A stretch of DNA of 64,000 nucleotides, taken from Macrostomum lignano. Lineage: Eukaryota. Below, piece by piece: positions 50,401 to 62,567 of this stretch. The notes under the pieces are model-generated. The model worked only from the letters and a program-made list of their open reading frames with translations, was not told the DNA's origin and ran no database searches. The DNA is taken from assembly GCA_002269645.1 (NCBI GenBank), contig NIVC01002652.1, positions 62,001-126,000 on the forward strand, given 5' to 3'. Both the position numbers and the translations under genes were made by a program. Positions within the stretch are counted from its first letter, which is position 1; the number at the start of each line of letters is the position of its first letter.

Positions 50401-53400
50401 GAGAACAGGTGTTTACCTGGGATCAGCGGTATTTTATGATTGAGAACAGCTGTTTACCTGGGATCTCCGATTGTTTATGATTGAGAACAGGTGTTTACCT
50501 GGAATCACCGGTATTTTATGATTGAGAACAGCTGTTTACCTGGGATCTCCGATTGTTTATGATTAACAACAGCTGTTTACCTGGAATCACCGGTATTTTA
50601 TGATTGAGAACAGCTGTTTACCTGGGATCGCCGGTATTTTATGATTGAGAACAGCTGTTTACCTGGAATCACCGGTATTTTATGATTGAGAACAGCTGTT
50701 TACCTGGGATCTCCGATTGTTTATGATTGAGAACAGGTGTTTACCTAGAATCACCGGTATTTTATGATTGAGAACAGCTGTTTACCTGGGATCACCGGTA
50801 TTTTATGATTAAGAACAGCTGTTTACCTGGAATCACCGGTATTTTATGATTAAGAACAGGTGTTTACCTGAGATCACCGGTATTTTATGATTAAGTACAG
50901 CTGTTTACCTGGGATCACCGGTATTTTATGATTAAGAACAGCTGTTTACCTGGGATCTCCGATTGTTTATGATTGAGAACAGGTGTTTACCTGGAATCAC
51001 CGGTATTTTATGATTGAGAACAGCTGTTTACCTGGGATCACCGGTATTTTATTATTAAGAATAGCTGTTTACCTGGGATCACCGGTATTTTATGATTGAG
51101 AACAGGTATTTACCTTGGATGACCAGTTGTTTATAATTGAGAACAGGTGTTTATCTGGGATCACCGGAATTTTATGATCGAGAACAGGTATTTACATTGG
51201 ATGACCAGTTGTTTATGATTGAGAACAGCTGTTTACCTGGAATCACCGGTATTTTATGATTAAGAACAGGTGTTTACCTGAGATCACCGGTATTTTATGA
51301 TTGAGAACAGGTGTTTACCTGGGATCACCGGTATTTTATGATTGAGAACAGCTGTTTACCTGGGATCTCCGATTGTTTATGATTGAGAACAGGTGTTTAC
51401 CTGGAATCACCGGTATTTTATGATTGAGAACAGCTGTTTACCTGGGATCACCGGTATTTTATTATTAAGAATAGCTGTTTACCTGGGATCACCGGTATTT
51501 TATGATCGAGAACAGGTATTTACATTGGATGACCAGTTGTTTATGATTGAGAACAGATGTTTACCTGGGATCACCGGAATTTTATGTTTTAGAACAGGTG
51601 TTTACCTGGCATCACGAGTATTTTATGATTAACAACAGGTGTTTACCTTGAATCACCGGTAGTTTTTTATTTAGAACAGGTGTTTACCTGGGATCACCGG
51701 TATCGTATGATTGAGTACAGGTGTCTACCGCGTGGGAGCACCGGTATTTTATGATTGAGAACAGGTACTTACCTGGGAGCACCGGTATACATGACTGATA
51801 TCATATATTTGTAATTTTTGATGCTTTATATTTTCTTAAAAATTCTATTACTCTATATTTAGGCACCACCGGCATGCCAAAGGCGGCGGTGATATCGCAC
51901 CTCAGATTCGCCATGATGTCCAACACAATCGGCTTGTTCTTCGGCTTGGGCCTGGGCGACATTCTGTACGACTGTCTGCCACTGTACCACACTGCTGGCG
52001 GCATTCTGGGCATCGGACAGGTGAGTCGCAGGGCTTTTTCATTACTCAGGTCCTGTCGCTATTTCTGATCCCATTCCCTAAATTCTGATCCCATTCTGCG
52101 ATTCCGATCCCATTCCCAAGTTCTGATCCCATTTCCGAATTCTGATCCCATTCCTAAATCCTGATCCCATTCCTTGAATTCTGATCCCATTCCTTGAATT
52201 CTGATCCCATTCCCTGAATTCTGACCCCATTCCCGAATTCTGATCCCATCCCGAATTCTGACCCCATTCCCGAATTCTGACCCCATTCCCGAATTCTGAT
52301 CCCACTCCCAAATCCCATCCTAAGTTGGAATCCCACCCGCCTCCCAGGCGTTCCTCCGCGGCGTGACGGTGGTGATCAAACGGAAATTCTCAGCCTCGGC
52401 CTTCTGGGACGACTGCGCCCGCTACCAGTGCACGGCGGCGCAGTACATCGGCGAGATCTGCCGCTACTTGCTGGCCCAGCCTGCCAAGCAGTCGGACAGG
52501 CGGCACCGGGTTCGCGTCATGTTCGGCAACGGGCTCCGGCCGCAAATCTGGCGCGAATTTCAGCAGCGATTCGGCGTCGATAAAATGGGCGAATTCTACG
52601 GCGCCACGGAGTCCAACTGCAACATGGTGAACATTGACAACACGGTTGGCGCTGTGGGATTCCTCAGCCAGATCGCGCCCAGCGTCTACCCGCTCCGGCT
52701 GGTCCGGGTCGATCCCGACACTGGCGAGCCGCTCAGGAACCCGCGGGATCAGCTGTGCGTGCCTGCTGGTCCCGGCGAGCCCGGCGAACTCATCGGCAGT
52801 GTCGTGCCCGGCGACGCAATCCGCGGCATCGATGGCTACGTGTGCAAGCAGGCCACGGAGAAGAAGATGCTGAGAAATGTGCTGCGCCACGGCGATTGCT
52901 ATTTCTCTACTGGGGACGTGCTGGTCATGGACGAGCTGGGCTATATGTACTTTAGGGACAGGACTGGGGATACGTTCCGGTGGAAGGGCGAGAATGTGTC
53001 CACCTCTGAGGCGAGTTGCCGCTTTGCTTACTGCTTCAGTAGGGGGCGGATTGATACAGACAGTCTAGAGTGAGATGAGATTAAGAGGCTAGAGTGAGAT
53101 TAAGAGGCTGGAGTGAGATGAGATTAAGAGTCTAGAGTGAGATTAAGCGGCTAAAGTGAGATTAAGAGGCTGGAGTGAGATTATGAAGCTAGAGTGGGAT
53201 TAAGAGGCTGGAGTGAGGTAAGAGGCTGGAGTGAGATTATGATGATAGAGTGAAATGAAAAAAGAGGCTAGAGTGAGATTAAGAGGCTAGTGTGAGATTA
53301 AGAGGCTAGTGTGAGATGAGAATAAGTCTGGAGTGAGATAAGATTAAGAGGCTAGATTGAGATGAGATTAAGAGGCTGGATTAAGGTAAGATTAGGAGGC

Positions 53401-54105
53401 TAGAGTGAGATGAGATAAGGAGTCTAGAGTGAGATTGAGAGGCTAGAGTGAGATGAGATTAATAGGCTAGAGTGAGATGAAATTAAGAGGCTAGAGCGAG
53501 ATGAGATTAAGAGGCTAGAGCGAGATGAGATTAAGAGGCTGGATTGAGATGAGATTAAGAGGCTGGATTGAGATGAGATTAAGAGGCTAGATTGAGATGA
53601 GATTAAGAGGCTAGATTGAGATGAGATTAAGAGGCTAGAGTGAGATGAGACTAAGAGGCTGGAGTGAAGATCCTCACCATTTCTCCCTAATCCTGACCTC
53701 CTGTTCCCGCATGTGCCCCCCCCCCAGGTGGAGGCCTGCCTGTCCAACGTACTCTCGCTGGCCGACTGCGCTGTCTATGGCGTCGAGGTGCCCGGCAACG
53801 AGGGCCGCGCCGGCATGGCGGCTGTGGCCGATCCCGAGGGCCGCGGTGTTGAAGTGGCCCGGCTGGCCCAGCACCTGCCCCGTCTGCTGCCAGCCTACGC
53901 CAGGCCGCTGTTCCTTCGAATTGTCCGCCACATCGAGGCCACCGGCACCTTCAAGATGAAGAAGACCGAGCTGCGCAAGGACGGCTTCGATCCCGACAGG
54001 TGCTGCGGAGATCCCCTCTACTACCTGTGCTGCCGGTCTGGGCAGTACCTGGCCCTGGATGGGCCTGCATTTGCCGCCATCGCTAGGGGAGAAATCCGAT
54101 TCTAG
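47498..54105 (+). CDS. SLC27A: Long-chain fatty acid transport protein / very-long-chain acyl-CoA synthetase (FATP, SLC27A1/4-like); five exons; 1-bp deletion at ~49920
   Basis: Exons 47498-47860, 49787-50191, 51863-52020, 52348-53010 and 53728-54105. AMP-binding motif YTSG|TTGMPKA spans intron 2. FATP motif [20 protein letters not shown]|VE. Restoring one C gives [14 protein letters not shown]. Confidence 0.95.
48050..49770. repeat. 13-bp minisatellite (catagagaatcgc)n in FATP intron 1
   Basis: Direct tandem copies running up to the acceptor. Confidence 0.96.
50235..51790. repeat. 41-bp minisatellite (gagaacagctgtttacctgggatcaccggtattttatgatt)n in FATP intron 2
   Basis: Direct tandem copies. 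Confidence 0.96.
52065..52320. repeat. ~19-bp minisatellite (ttctgatcccattcccgaa)n in FATP intron 3
   Basis: Direct tandem copies. Confidence 0.93.
53065..53670. repeat. ~19-24-bp minisatellite (gagtgagatgagattaagaggcta)n in FATP intron 4
   Basis: Direct tandem copies. Confidence 0.93.
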
Positions 54106-54107
54106 GC

Positions 54108-54950
54108 GCCTGTCACTCCGAGTGGGGACTGGTGGGCCTGTCACTCCGACTGGGGATGTTCTGTCACTCTGATTGAGGACTGTCTGTCACTCTGATTGAG
54201 GACTGTCTGTCACTCTGATTGAGGACTGTCTGTCACTCTGATTGATTGAGGACTGTCTGTCACTCTGATTAAGGACTGTCTGTCACACTTTAATTGAGGA
54301 CTGACTGTCACACTTACTGAGGATTGTCTGTCACACTTACTAAGGATTGTCTGTAACTCTTTGGGATTGCCTGTCGCTCTTGTTGGGGATTGCCTGTCAC
54401 TATTGTTGGGGACTGTCTATCACTCTTGTTGGGGACTGTCTGTCACTCTTATCGGGGATTGCCTGTCACTCTTGTTGGAGACTGTCTATAACTCTTGTTG
54501 GGGACTGTCTGTCACTCTTATCGGGGATTGTCTATCACTCTTGTTGGGGATTGCCTGTCACTCTTGTTAGGGATTGCCTGTCACTCTTGTTGGGGAATAG
54601 GGGATTGCCTGTCACTCTTGTTGGGGAATAGGGGATTGCCTGTCACTCTTGTTGGGGAATAGGGGATTGCCTGTCACTCTTGTTGGGGAATAGGGGATTG
54701 CCTGTCACTCTTGTTGGGGAATAGGGGATTGCCTGTCACTCTTGTTGGAGATTGCCTGTCACTATTGTTGGGGACTGTCTATCACTCTTATCGGGGATTG
54801 CCTGTCACTCTTGTTGGAGATTGCCTGTCACTCTTGTTGGGGACTGTCTGTCACTCTTATCGGGGATTGTCTGTCACTCTTGTTGGAGATTGCCTGTCAC
54901 TCTTGTTGGGGACTGTCTGTCACTCTTATCGGGGATTGTCTGTCACTCCT
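54108..54950. repeat. ~20-23-bp minisatellite (ctgtcactcttgttggggattgc)n directly after the FATP stop
   Basis: Units begin within a few bases of TAG and change gradually along the array. Confidence 0.93.
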
Positions 54951-56107
54951 ACTGGTTAATCAAAGAGCTAATTGCAGGTGTCTGGCACTGAGCCAGCCGC
55001 CGTGACGATCACATAAGTTTTCCTGCACAGTCTGTGAACAAATTTGTCTCATTAATAGAAGTTTCTATTTAGTTCAGGCGTTTCGCCCTCACTCTGTATC
55101 CCAGTGTGTGTCCCTCTTAATTATTTACTATGACGCCAAGTAGTTCCAATTCTCTCTAATCCTCTTAAATGGTTTTATTACTTGACTTATTTGCTTCATT
55201 TTTTATATAAAATGCAGTTTAGTTTAAACTTTTTTCAGTTAGCCACTGTCTTTCATTGTGTTAGAATCCCTGGAGCTGACCTTCTATGTTCACTGAGTAA
55301 TTCGATCATTAGTACAGGCAAATATGAGAATATTTATCAATTGACCATGTGCCTGCAGTTTCCTTATGACTGGCCTTTTTTAATTTGTTATCATATTGTA
55401 GTAGCCTTTGATTTTTTTAATTTTCTGTAATTGTCGTCACTGTTTTTCTAGCTTTTTTGTTTCTTAATAACAAGATTACCTTGCGCAGCTGCAGACCATT
55501 CCTTCGCATTATTTAGCATGGAATATATATATATAGCCGTGAGCTATTGCGTCTGAACAACTGACTGACTTTATAATCAGTTTCATTTCTGCTTATTGTT
55601 TTGTGTAATTTCCTGTCAGTTAAAATATGTTTTCAAAATATATTAACAAAACTCTTGGGTAGGAATACAAAATGCTTTGACTGAAATTAATACTTCATTA
55701 AACACGCCGGAAGGAGCCAAACGAGACAAAGTCAGTTGCGAAAAGCAGGCAGCGGCCGAGAAAGCGGATCCCAGTGGATCAAGCGAAGCGTTTATTTATT
55801 AGTTTAAATGAGTTAATATTTACTGGTTTGTAAAAAGAAGATAAAAAAAATTGAGAAATGGCGGCGGAGCCAAGCCGGGCCGGGTGCAGAGGCTTTAAGC
55901 TGGCTGGCGTGGCCAACCCCCACACCTCAACCCCCCGCCAAAGTACAGCGATATGTACAGCGGCACCCTCCGGCGCGTCTAACACCCCTTACTCAGAGAG
56001 TAACGATTGCAACAATGCTTTGTCACGATTTCGCTTTGATAAACTGTTGGCAATTGGGCTTTCAAGTTCTTTTTTAGGACTGGCAACGGGGTCTGTTTGA
56101 TGTTGCC

Positions 56108-56556
56108 ATGTCTGTCTGTCTGTCTCTTTGTGTCTGTCTGTCTGTCTGCCTGTCTGTCTCTTTGTGTCTGTCTGCCTGTCTGTCCGTCTGCCTGTCTGAC
56201 TCTCTGTCTGTCTGTCTGTCTGACTCTCTGTCTGTCTGTCTGTCTGTCTCTGTCTCTTTATGTCTGTCTGTCTATCTGTCTGTCTGTCTCTTTGTGTCTG
56301 TCTGTCTGTCTGTCTGTCTGTCTGCCTGTCTATCTGTCTGTCTGTCTGTCTGCCTGTCTGCCTGTCTGTCTGTCTGTCTCTTTGTGCCTGCCTGTCTGTC
56401 TGCCTGTCTGTTTTTCTCTTTGTCTGTCTGTCTGTCTGCCTGTCTATCTGTCTGTCTGTCTGTCTGTCTGTCTCTGCCTGCCTGCCTGCCTGCCTGTCTG
56501 CCTGCCTGTCTGTCTGTTTGTCTCTTTGTGTCTGTCTGCCTGTCTGTCCGTCTGCC

Positions 56557-56595
<39 letters not shown>

Positions 56596-57052
56596 TTCTG
56601 TCTGTCTGTCTGTCTGTCTGTCTGCCTGCCTGTCTGTCTGTCTGCCTGCCTGTCTGTCTGTCTGTCTGTCTCTTTGTGTCTGTCTGCCTGTCTGTCCGTC
56701 TGCGTGTCTGTCTGTCTGTCTCTGTCTCTTTATGTCTGTCTGTCTGCCTGTCTATCTGTCTGTCTGTCTGTCTCTTTGTGCCTGCCTGTCTGTCTGCCTC
56801 TTTGTGTCTCTTTGTGTCTGTCTGCCTGTCTGTCTCTTTGTGTCTGTCTGTCTGTCTCTGTCTCTTTATGTCTGTCTGTCTGCCTGTCTATCTGTCTGTC
56901 TCTGTCTCTTTATGTCTGTCTGTCTGTCTGTCTGCCTGTCTATCTGTCTGTCTGTCTCTTTGTGTCTGTCTGTCTGTTTGTCTGCCTGTGTGTCTGTCTG
57001 TCTGCCTGTGTGTCTGTCTGTCTCTCTGCGCCTGTCGTAGTGTCTGTCTGTC
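56108..57052. repeat. Degenerate (CTGT)n microsatellite
   Basis: Direct reading. Confidence 0.97.
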
Positions 57053-57360
57053 TGATCTCTCTGTACTGTATTGCAGTTTATTATCCGGTCCATATCGCTT
57101 TGAACTTCACTGCTTGGATGAGCCAGGCATACCGCGGCCCAGCTCGCGAGCATTCAAATTACGAGCGTAGTTCGAATCGAATATTTAACTCAAATACTTC
57201 AGTTTTAAAGTTTCAGCATTTCAAGAAGTCAAGTAAGGAAGGTCTAATTATAAAAATTACAATAAAATTGCATACAGTACGTGCATTCCAATTAATATGT
57301 GCATTAGAAAAGTCAGCCAGCACGTGATGACAAATAAGCACCGGCCAACCAGCTCTGAGC

Positions 57361-59056
57361 TCATTGCCCTCCACTCCACTCGAACAGCAGCTCCCGGAAT
57401 CGCGCGATCTCCTTGGCGAACTTTTCCGGCTGTTCTTCCGCTTGCCGATAGAATTCCGCCGACGTTCGCAGCGCCTCGATGAGCGGCGTCGCCGGCAGCC
57501 AATCGCCGCAGGCCTCGGCCGCCTTCTCGACGCTGATTGGTCCGCTGGTCACGGTGGGGTAGAGCTGGCTGGCCGACTCGCTGAATTCGATTCTCGGCGC
57601 CTCGGGCAGCTCCATGGCTTCGGCCAGCCGGCCAACGAACGCCTCCGCTGTCCAGGTCTCCTGGTAGGCGAAGTTGAAGACCTCCTTGACTGAGCCGAGC
57701 GGTCTGGCCAGGCGTCTGTAGCGATCGACAAGGCCGACCAAGAAGTCGGCCACGTCGCCGACGTAGGCCAGCGACATTCGGGCGTCGCGGCTGAAGCTCG
57801 GCAGGTGCACGCGGCCTGCAGCCGCTCCGTGAACAAAGTACCAGAACCTGTAGCTGGTGTCCCTGGGCCCGAACGTGTCCGGGATGCGCACGATGGTGTA
57901 GTCGTAGAGAGCCCCATTGTGCTCTGCGGCCAGCAGGTCGACAATGAACTCCGCTGTGAGCTTCAGCTCCGCGTAGCGACGTCCAGCGCGCAGACGGTTG
58001 CGTAGCGCCGCGTCAGACGGGAAGGCGCCGTCGGATTCGCGCGACCTGCCGGCGTGTCGCTTGTCCGACACGTCGTAGACGGAGTCGGTGCTCAGGTACA
58101 CGTAGTACTGGAACCGGCCGGTCAGCAGCTGAACGCTCTGCATCACTGCTACGTCAGCGTAGCCGGAGAGGTCGATGACGGCCAGGAACGGCCGCGCCTC
58201 CAGCTGCGAGAGGCTGGCGCAGTCCGTGAGGTCAAAGTTGCGGTCGCAGGTCAGCACCCGGCTGTGGTGGCTGCTGTGCCACTGCCAGTAGGTGTTGTTC
58301 CTGTGCAGGGTGGTCACATTGTAGCCACGCGAGGCCAGGCGCTCCACAGTGTGGCTGCCGATAAAGCCGTTGCCTCCGAGCACGAGGATGTCTCTGGCGC
58401 GGCGGGAGGGGCGGAGTTGGTGCGCAGATTGTGACTTTGGGCACTGCAACGATTGAATCAAGGCAAAAGTTGATCCGTCAAGGAAGGGACACAATGATGC
58501 GGTCCAGTTCCCAGGAACAGGGACACAATGATGCGGTCCAGTTCTCAGGAACAGGGACACAATGATGCGGTCCAGCTCTCAGGAATAGGGACACAATGAT
58601 GCGGTCCAGTTCTCAGGAATAGGGACACAATGATGCGGTCCAGTTCTCAGGAACAGGGACACAATGATGCGGTCTAACTCTCAGGAATAGGGACACAATG
58701 ATGCGGTCCAGCTGTCAAGAAAGGGACACAATGATGCGGTCCAGCTCTCAGGAATAGGGACACAATGATGCGGTCCAGCTGTCAAGAAAGGGACACAATG
58801 ATGCGGTCCAGCTGTCAGTAATACGGACACAATGATGCGGTCCAGCTGTCAGTAATACAGACACAATAATGCAAACCAGCTCTACCTAGCCCGCAGACAA
58901 AATCCTCAACCCCTGAGTTTACCTGTTCCCCTCGGAGTGGTCCCTCGGTGCATCGGGATCCGCGTAGCGACTGTTCAGGTGGGCCAGGCTCGGGGAGGCG
59001 CAGCAGGCGGTGACCACCAGCAGCACAGTCAGCAGCAGCCATCGTTGATGTGGCAT
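57361..59056 (-). CDS. Extended short-chain dehydrogenase/reductase (NAD-dependent epimerase/dehydratase family) with N-terminal signal peptide; two exons (59056-58923, 58393-57361)
   Basis: Rossmann motif ILVLGGNGFIG, YLSTDSVY, YxxxK (YAELK) and RIPDTFGP. Exon 1 MPHQRWLLLTVLLVVTACCASPSLA ends AAC AG|gtaaac (phase 2). The in-frame acceptor is cgcgccag|A GAC ATC. Confidence 0.88.
58470..58870. repeat. ~34-bp minisatellite (gggacacaatgatgcggtccagttctcaggaaca)n in the SDR intron
   Basis: Direct tandem copies. Confidence 0.93.
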
Positions 59057-60441
59057 CTGCGCGCCTGTTCTTCGTTTCTGCACTGCTTCCGATGCACGCG
59101 GAACCTTTTACCGTGGGGTGTTTTATCCTTCCTCTAGGCTGGGAGCATCGAATACTTTTCTTCCCCTAATCGGTGCAGTGCACATTCTTTCTTCCCTGCT
59201 GATTCATGCATAAATTTCTCCCTCAAGTTCGCACAGTTTCGCATCGGAAAAATCCCTATACACACTGTACATTCTCTGAGGCTGTACGCTACTGTACGCT
59301 GAGCTTGAGGGGAAGCTGACAGCACGTTGTTTCGAATTAAAAGCAACAGAATATTGCTACAGTTTTCCCTGCAAAGTAAAGGTTCAACGAATTTCAAGGC
59401 TTGATGCAGGGGTCGGCAAAATTCTTAACCTCTAAGGGCCAGATTAATATGAGCTAAGATCTAGCTCGTTAGCTCAGGCTAGATGAGAGAGGAAAATAGA
59501 GGGAACAGAGGAGGAGAGGAAAGTGGATAGGAAAAATGAAAGAGGAGAGAAATGACGAGAGGCAAGAGAGGTGATGAGATGAGATATGGGAGGAGAGAGA
59601 AGAGATGAGAAGATGAGACGAGAGGAGAAGAAGGGAGAAGAGAGGAGCGAGAAGAGAGGGGAGAGAAGAGAGGAGAGAATAGAGAGAAGGGTTCATGAGA
59701 TGAAAGAAGATCAAAAGAGAGAAGCGGTGGGACAGTAGGGAAGAGAGCTGAGATGAGACATAAACCTGAAGAGGACCTGACTGCGATTGTGCTGTTTCAA
59801 AGGACCTTTGATTCATGCTTACACCTGCAATCAGTTTCGAAAGTTTAAAGAGTCGTCTCATTAAGAAGTAAAAATCATAATGCATTTAGAATTTTTTCAT
59901 CAAGTCCGCCCGCAGAGGTCATCGCAGCAGCTCTTAGCGGACCTACAGAAGGGGCTTGTCAGCCGTCAAATCCAGTTTCTTTATAAATTTATTTGAAAGA
60001 AAAATAAACGAAATCGCAGAGAAAATTTAATCAAACAGGAAGAAAACAAATTGTACACACAGGGACTGTAGGGGCAGTGGAGGGAGGGCAAGTCACCTAG
60101 GGCAGGCTCTGAACTTTGCTTTCAGCTCGGCCTTCAAATTTTGATTGGCTGGGTACGGGTCAGTCACGTGATGACTGGGATTTTGGTTTGCCTAAGAAGC
60201 TCCATTTTACAGCCGCAAAGTCCCTAATAAAAATATTTTAAATAAAATAATAAATATTAATAATGGTAGCGGGACTTGAAGTTTGCCAACATTTATACCA
60301 TTGAACGGTGCATCAGTAACTCAGAGAGTGATATCAGCATAAAGCAATAAAACAATTACATAAAGCAGTTCGCGCGAACCCAGCGGTGGCAACAGAGGGG
60401 TTTACCGCAATTGACTGCCAATCAACAGGTTGTGTCATCCT

Positions 60442-60719
60442 TCAGGCCTCCGTTAGGTCGTCATTAAAGTACAGATGCAACTGTTGCAGGTGCTTCTCTT
60501 CGTCGATTTTCAATTCGTAGAATTCCTCGTCTTCATCCGGAATGTCGTTGTCAGCCAGGGTTTTCTCCATGTCCAGCTCGCGCCTGTCGTATTTCCAGGT
60601 GTAGCTGGCGGCGTGGGCGTTGTGCTTCAGGTAGCGCTGCAGAATCTCCTGCAGGGTCTCCTCTGAGCACACCTGATCGGGGGTTGGGGTTGGTATTAGA
60701 CTGACTAACAAACTCACTC

Positions 60720-60758
<39 letters not shown>

Positions 60759-60768
60759 GACTAACTAC

Positions 60769-60818
<50 letters not shown>

Positions 60819-60828
60819 GACTAACTAC

Positions 60829-60906
<78 letters not shown>

Positions 60907-60916
60907 GACTAACTAC

Positions 60917-60998
<82 letters not shown>

Positions 60999-61081
60999 GA
61001 CTAACTAACTAACTAACTAACTCACTAACTCACTCACTAACTAACTAGCTAACTAACTAGCTAACTGACTAACTAACTAAA

Positions 61082-61130
<49 letters not shown>

Positions 61131-61135
61131 GACTG

Positions 61136-61176
<41 letters not shown>

Positions 61177-61225
61177 ATAAATAAATAACTAACTAAATAA
61201 ATAAATAGCTAACTAACTAAATAAA

Positions 61226-61273
<48 letters not shown>

Positions 61274-62244
61274 CTCGATGACCTGCTTTTGCTGCGTGAG
61301 GGTGTTGATAACCCGCACGAAGCGGGTCTTGACGCTCAGCAGGCCGATGCAGTAGGCGGCCTCGTCTCGCCACCACGGCCGGCCGAAGTCGTTGCACCAG
61401 TCAGAGCTGGGGTAAGGCGGCGCCACGTGAACGAAGCGGCCATGCGGCGTGTAGGGCATCCGGCAGCCGGACACAGGGTCCGTGTGCGTGCGAATGTCTC
61501 GCGTCTTGGGATCGAACCAGTGGGAAATGTCCTTGCCGGCATTCGAAATTATTGGCTTTAACAGAATAGAGCCTGGGAATGGATAATTTGATGAAAAAAT
61601 AAACTCATTTAATATGGTTTGTTTAAAAGATAATATTCTTATGCAACTTTTTATTTAAATTTGAAAGAAATCAAAATGACCATATTTTGGCACTATAACT
61701 TAAATTTATATCTATCATAATTTTAACTAGTTTTCGAAATTTTCACCAACAAGATTAGTGATTTTGTGTTTAAAAATAGTTAAAACAAACCTCAAGTCTC
61801 TAAAGAAATTAAAAATCAAACCATATGTATTGGTTTTCTATGTTATTAAAATTTATCAATTGAGAACACCTTTAAAGTAATTTTGCTTAGCTTGAAATAA
61901 ATTATTTAAAATTACCCATGCATTTTCACCATAAGAATAATAAGACAATTGCTACCCATCATTAAAAAATTACAAAAAACATTTTAAAGATATATTTTGG
62001 AAAACTTTTTAATAGATACAGCTATTGTAAGAATAGATTAAAAGCTGGGAAATAATAGAAAAATATATAATCTTCCAAGTTTAAAGGTAAATTCGACTGC
62101 AAATGTACGCATACCTTGATGTTTATAGCACAGTGTCGTCAAGTCATACACTTTTCCAAGGAATGAAACCCAGAGACTGTCAACTGTGTTGTGGACTGCA
62201 ACTTCATTAGGAGTAAAATATTTTGGTCTAGTTTTGATAGTCAT
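60442..62244 (-). CDS. CYB5D1: Cytochrome b5 domain-containing protein 1; exons 62244-62115, 61572-61274, 60672-60442
   Basis: [14 protein letters not shown]...[63 protein letters not shown] and [12 protein letters not shown] match CYB5D1. Splice phases are consistent. Confidence 0.95.
60705..61273. repeat. (CTAA)n / (TTAG)n microsatellite filling CYB5D1 intron 2
   Basis: Direct reading; the array starts at the donor GTTAGT. Confidence 0.98.
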
Positions 62245-62567
62245 GTCTACACGTTGTTTGTGTCTTCTAAAGCTCAGACAGGTAAAGTTTAGTTTACAAA
62301 CTTAGCTAATGCAAGATGGAAAATTCGCAAACAAAAGCTATGTTAAAAATGAACGTCTAAGCAAGTCGTAGCAACGAATCGGTATAACAAAAACGGCATA
62401 GTTACGAGAAAAAAATCAGGCGCGGTTTCAAATTTAATTCATCGCGATTTTTATACAGCTTCGTCTGCTCGGAGCCATAGCTTACTTTTTTAACTTCTTT
62501 ATTCTGCCTTTACCGTCTGTCCTTCCTAAGTTTCTAGCGTAGGTTAAAATAAAGTATTGTTTTCAAT
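62245..62567. promoter_or_regulatory. Probable bidirectional promoter between CYB5D1 and the CFAP97-domain gene
   Basis: Start codons diverge 323 bp apart. An RFX X-box-like half site gtagcaac lies at ~62368-62375. Confidence 0.55.

Noticed and set aside
55858-56100. 80-aa plus-strand ORF MAAEPSRAG...
   Set aside because: No codon bias, domain or splice support.
59405-59445. caggggtcggcaaa hAT-like MITE terminus; also Harbinger-like GC-rich ends at ~44800-44830
   Set aside because: Only one terminus was found, with no partner TIR or TSD.
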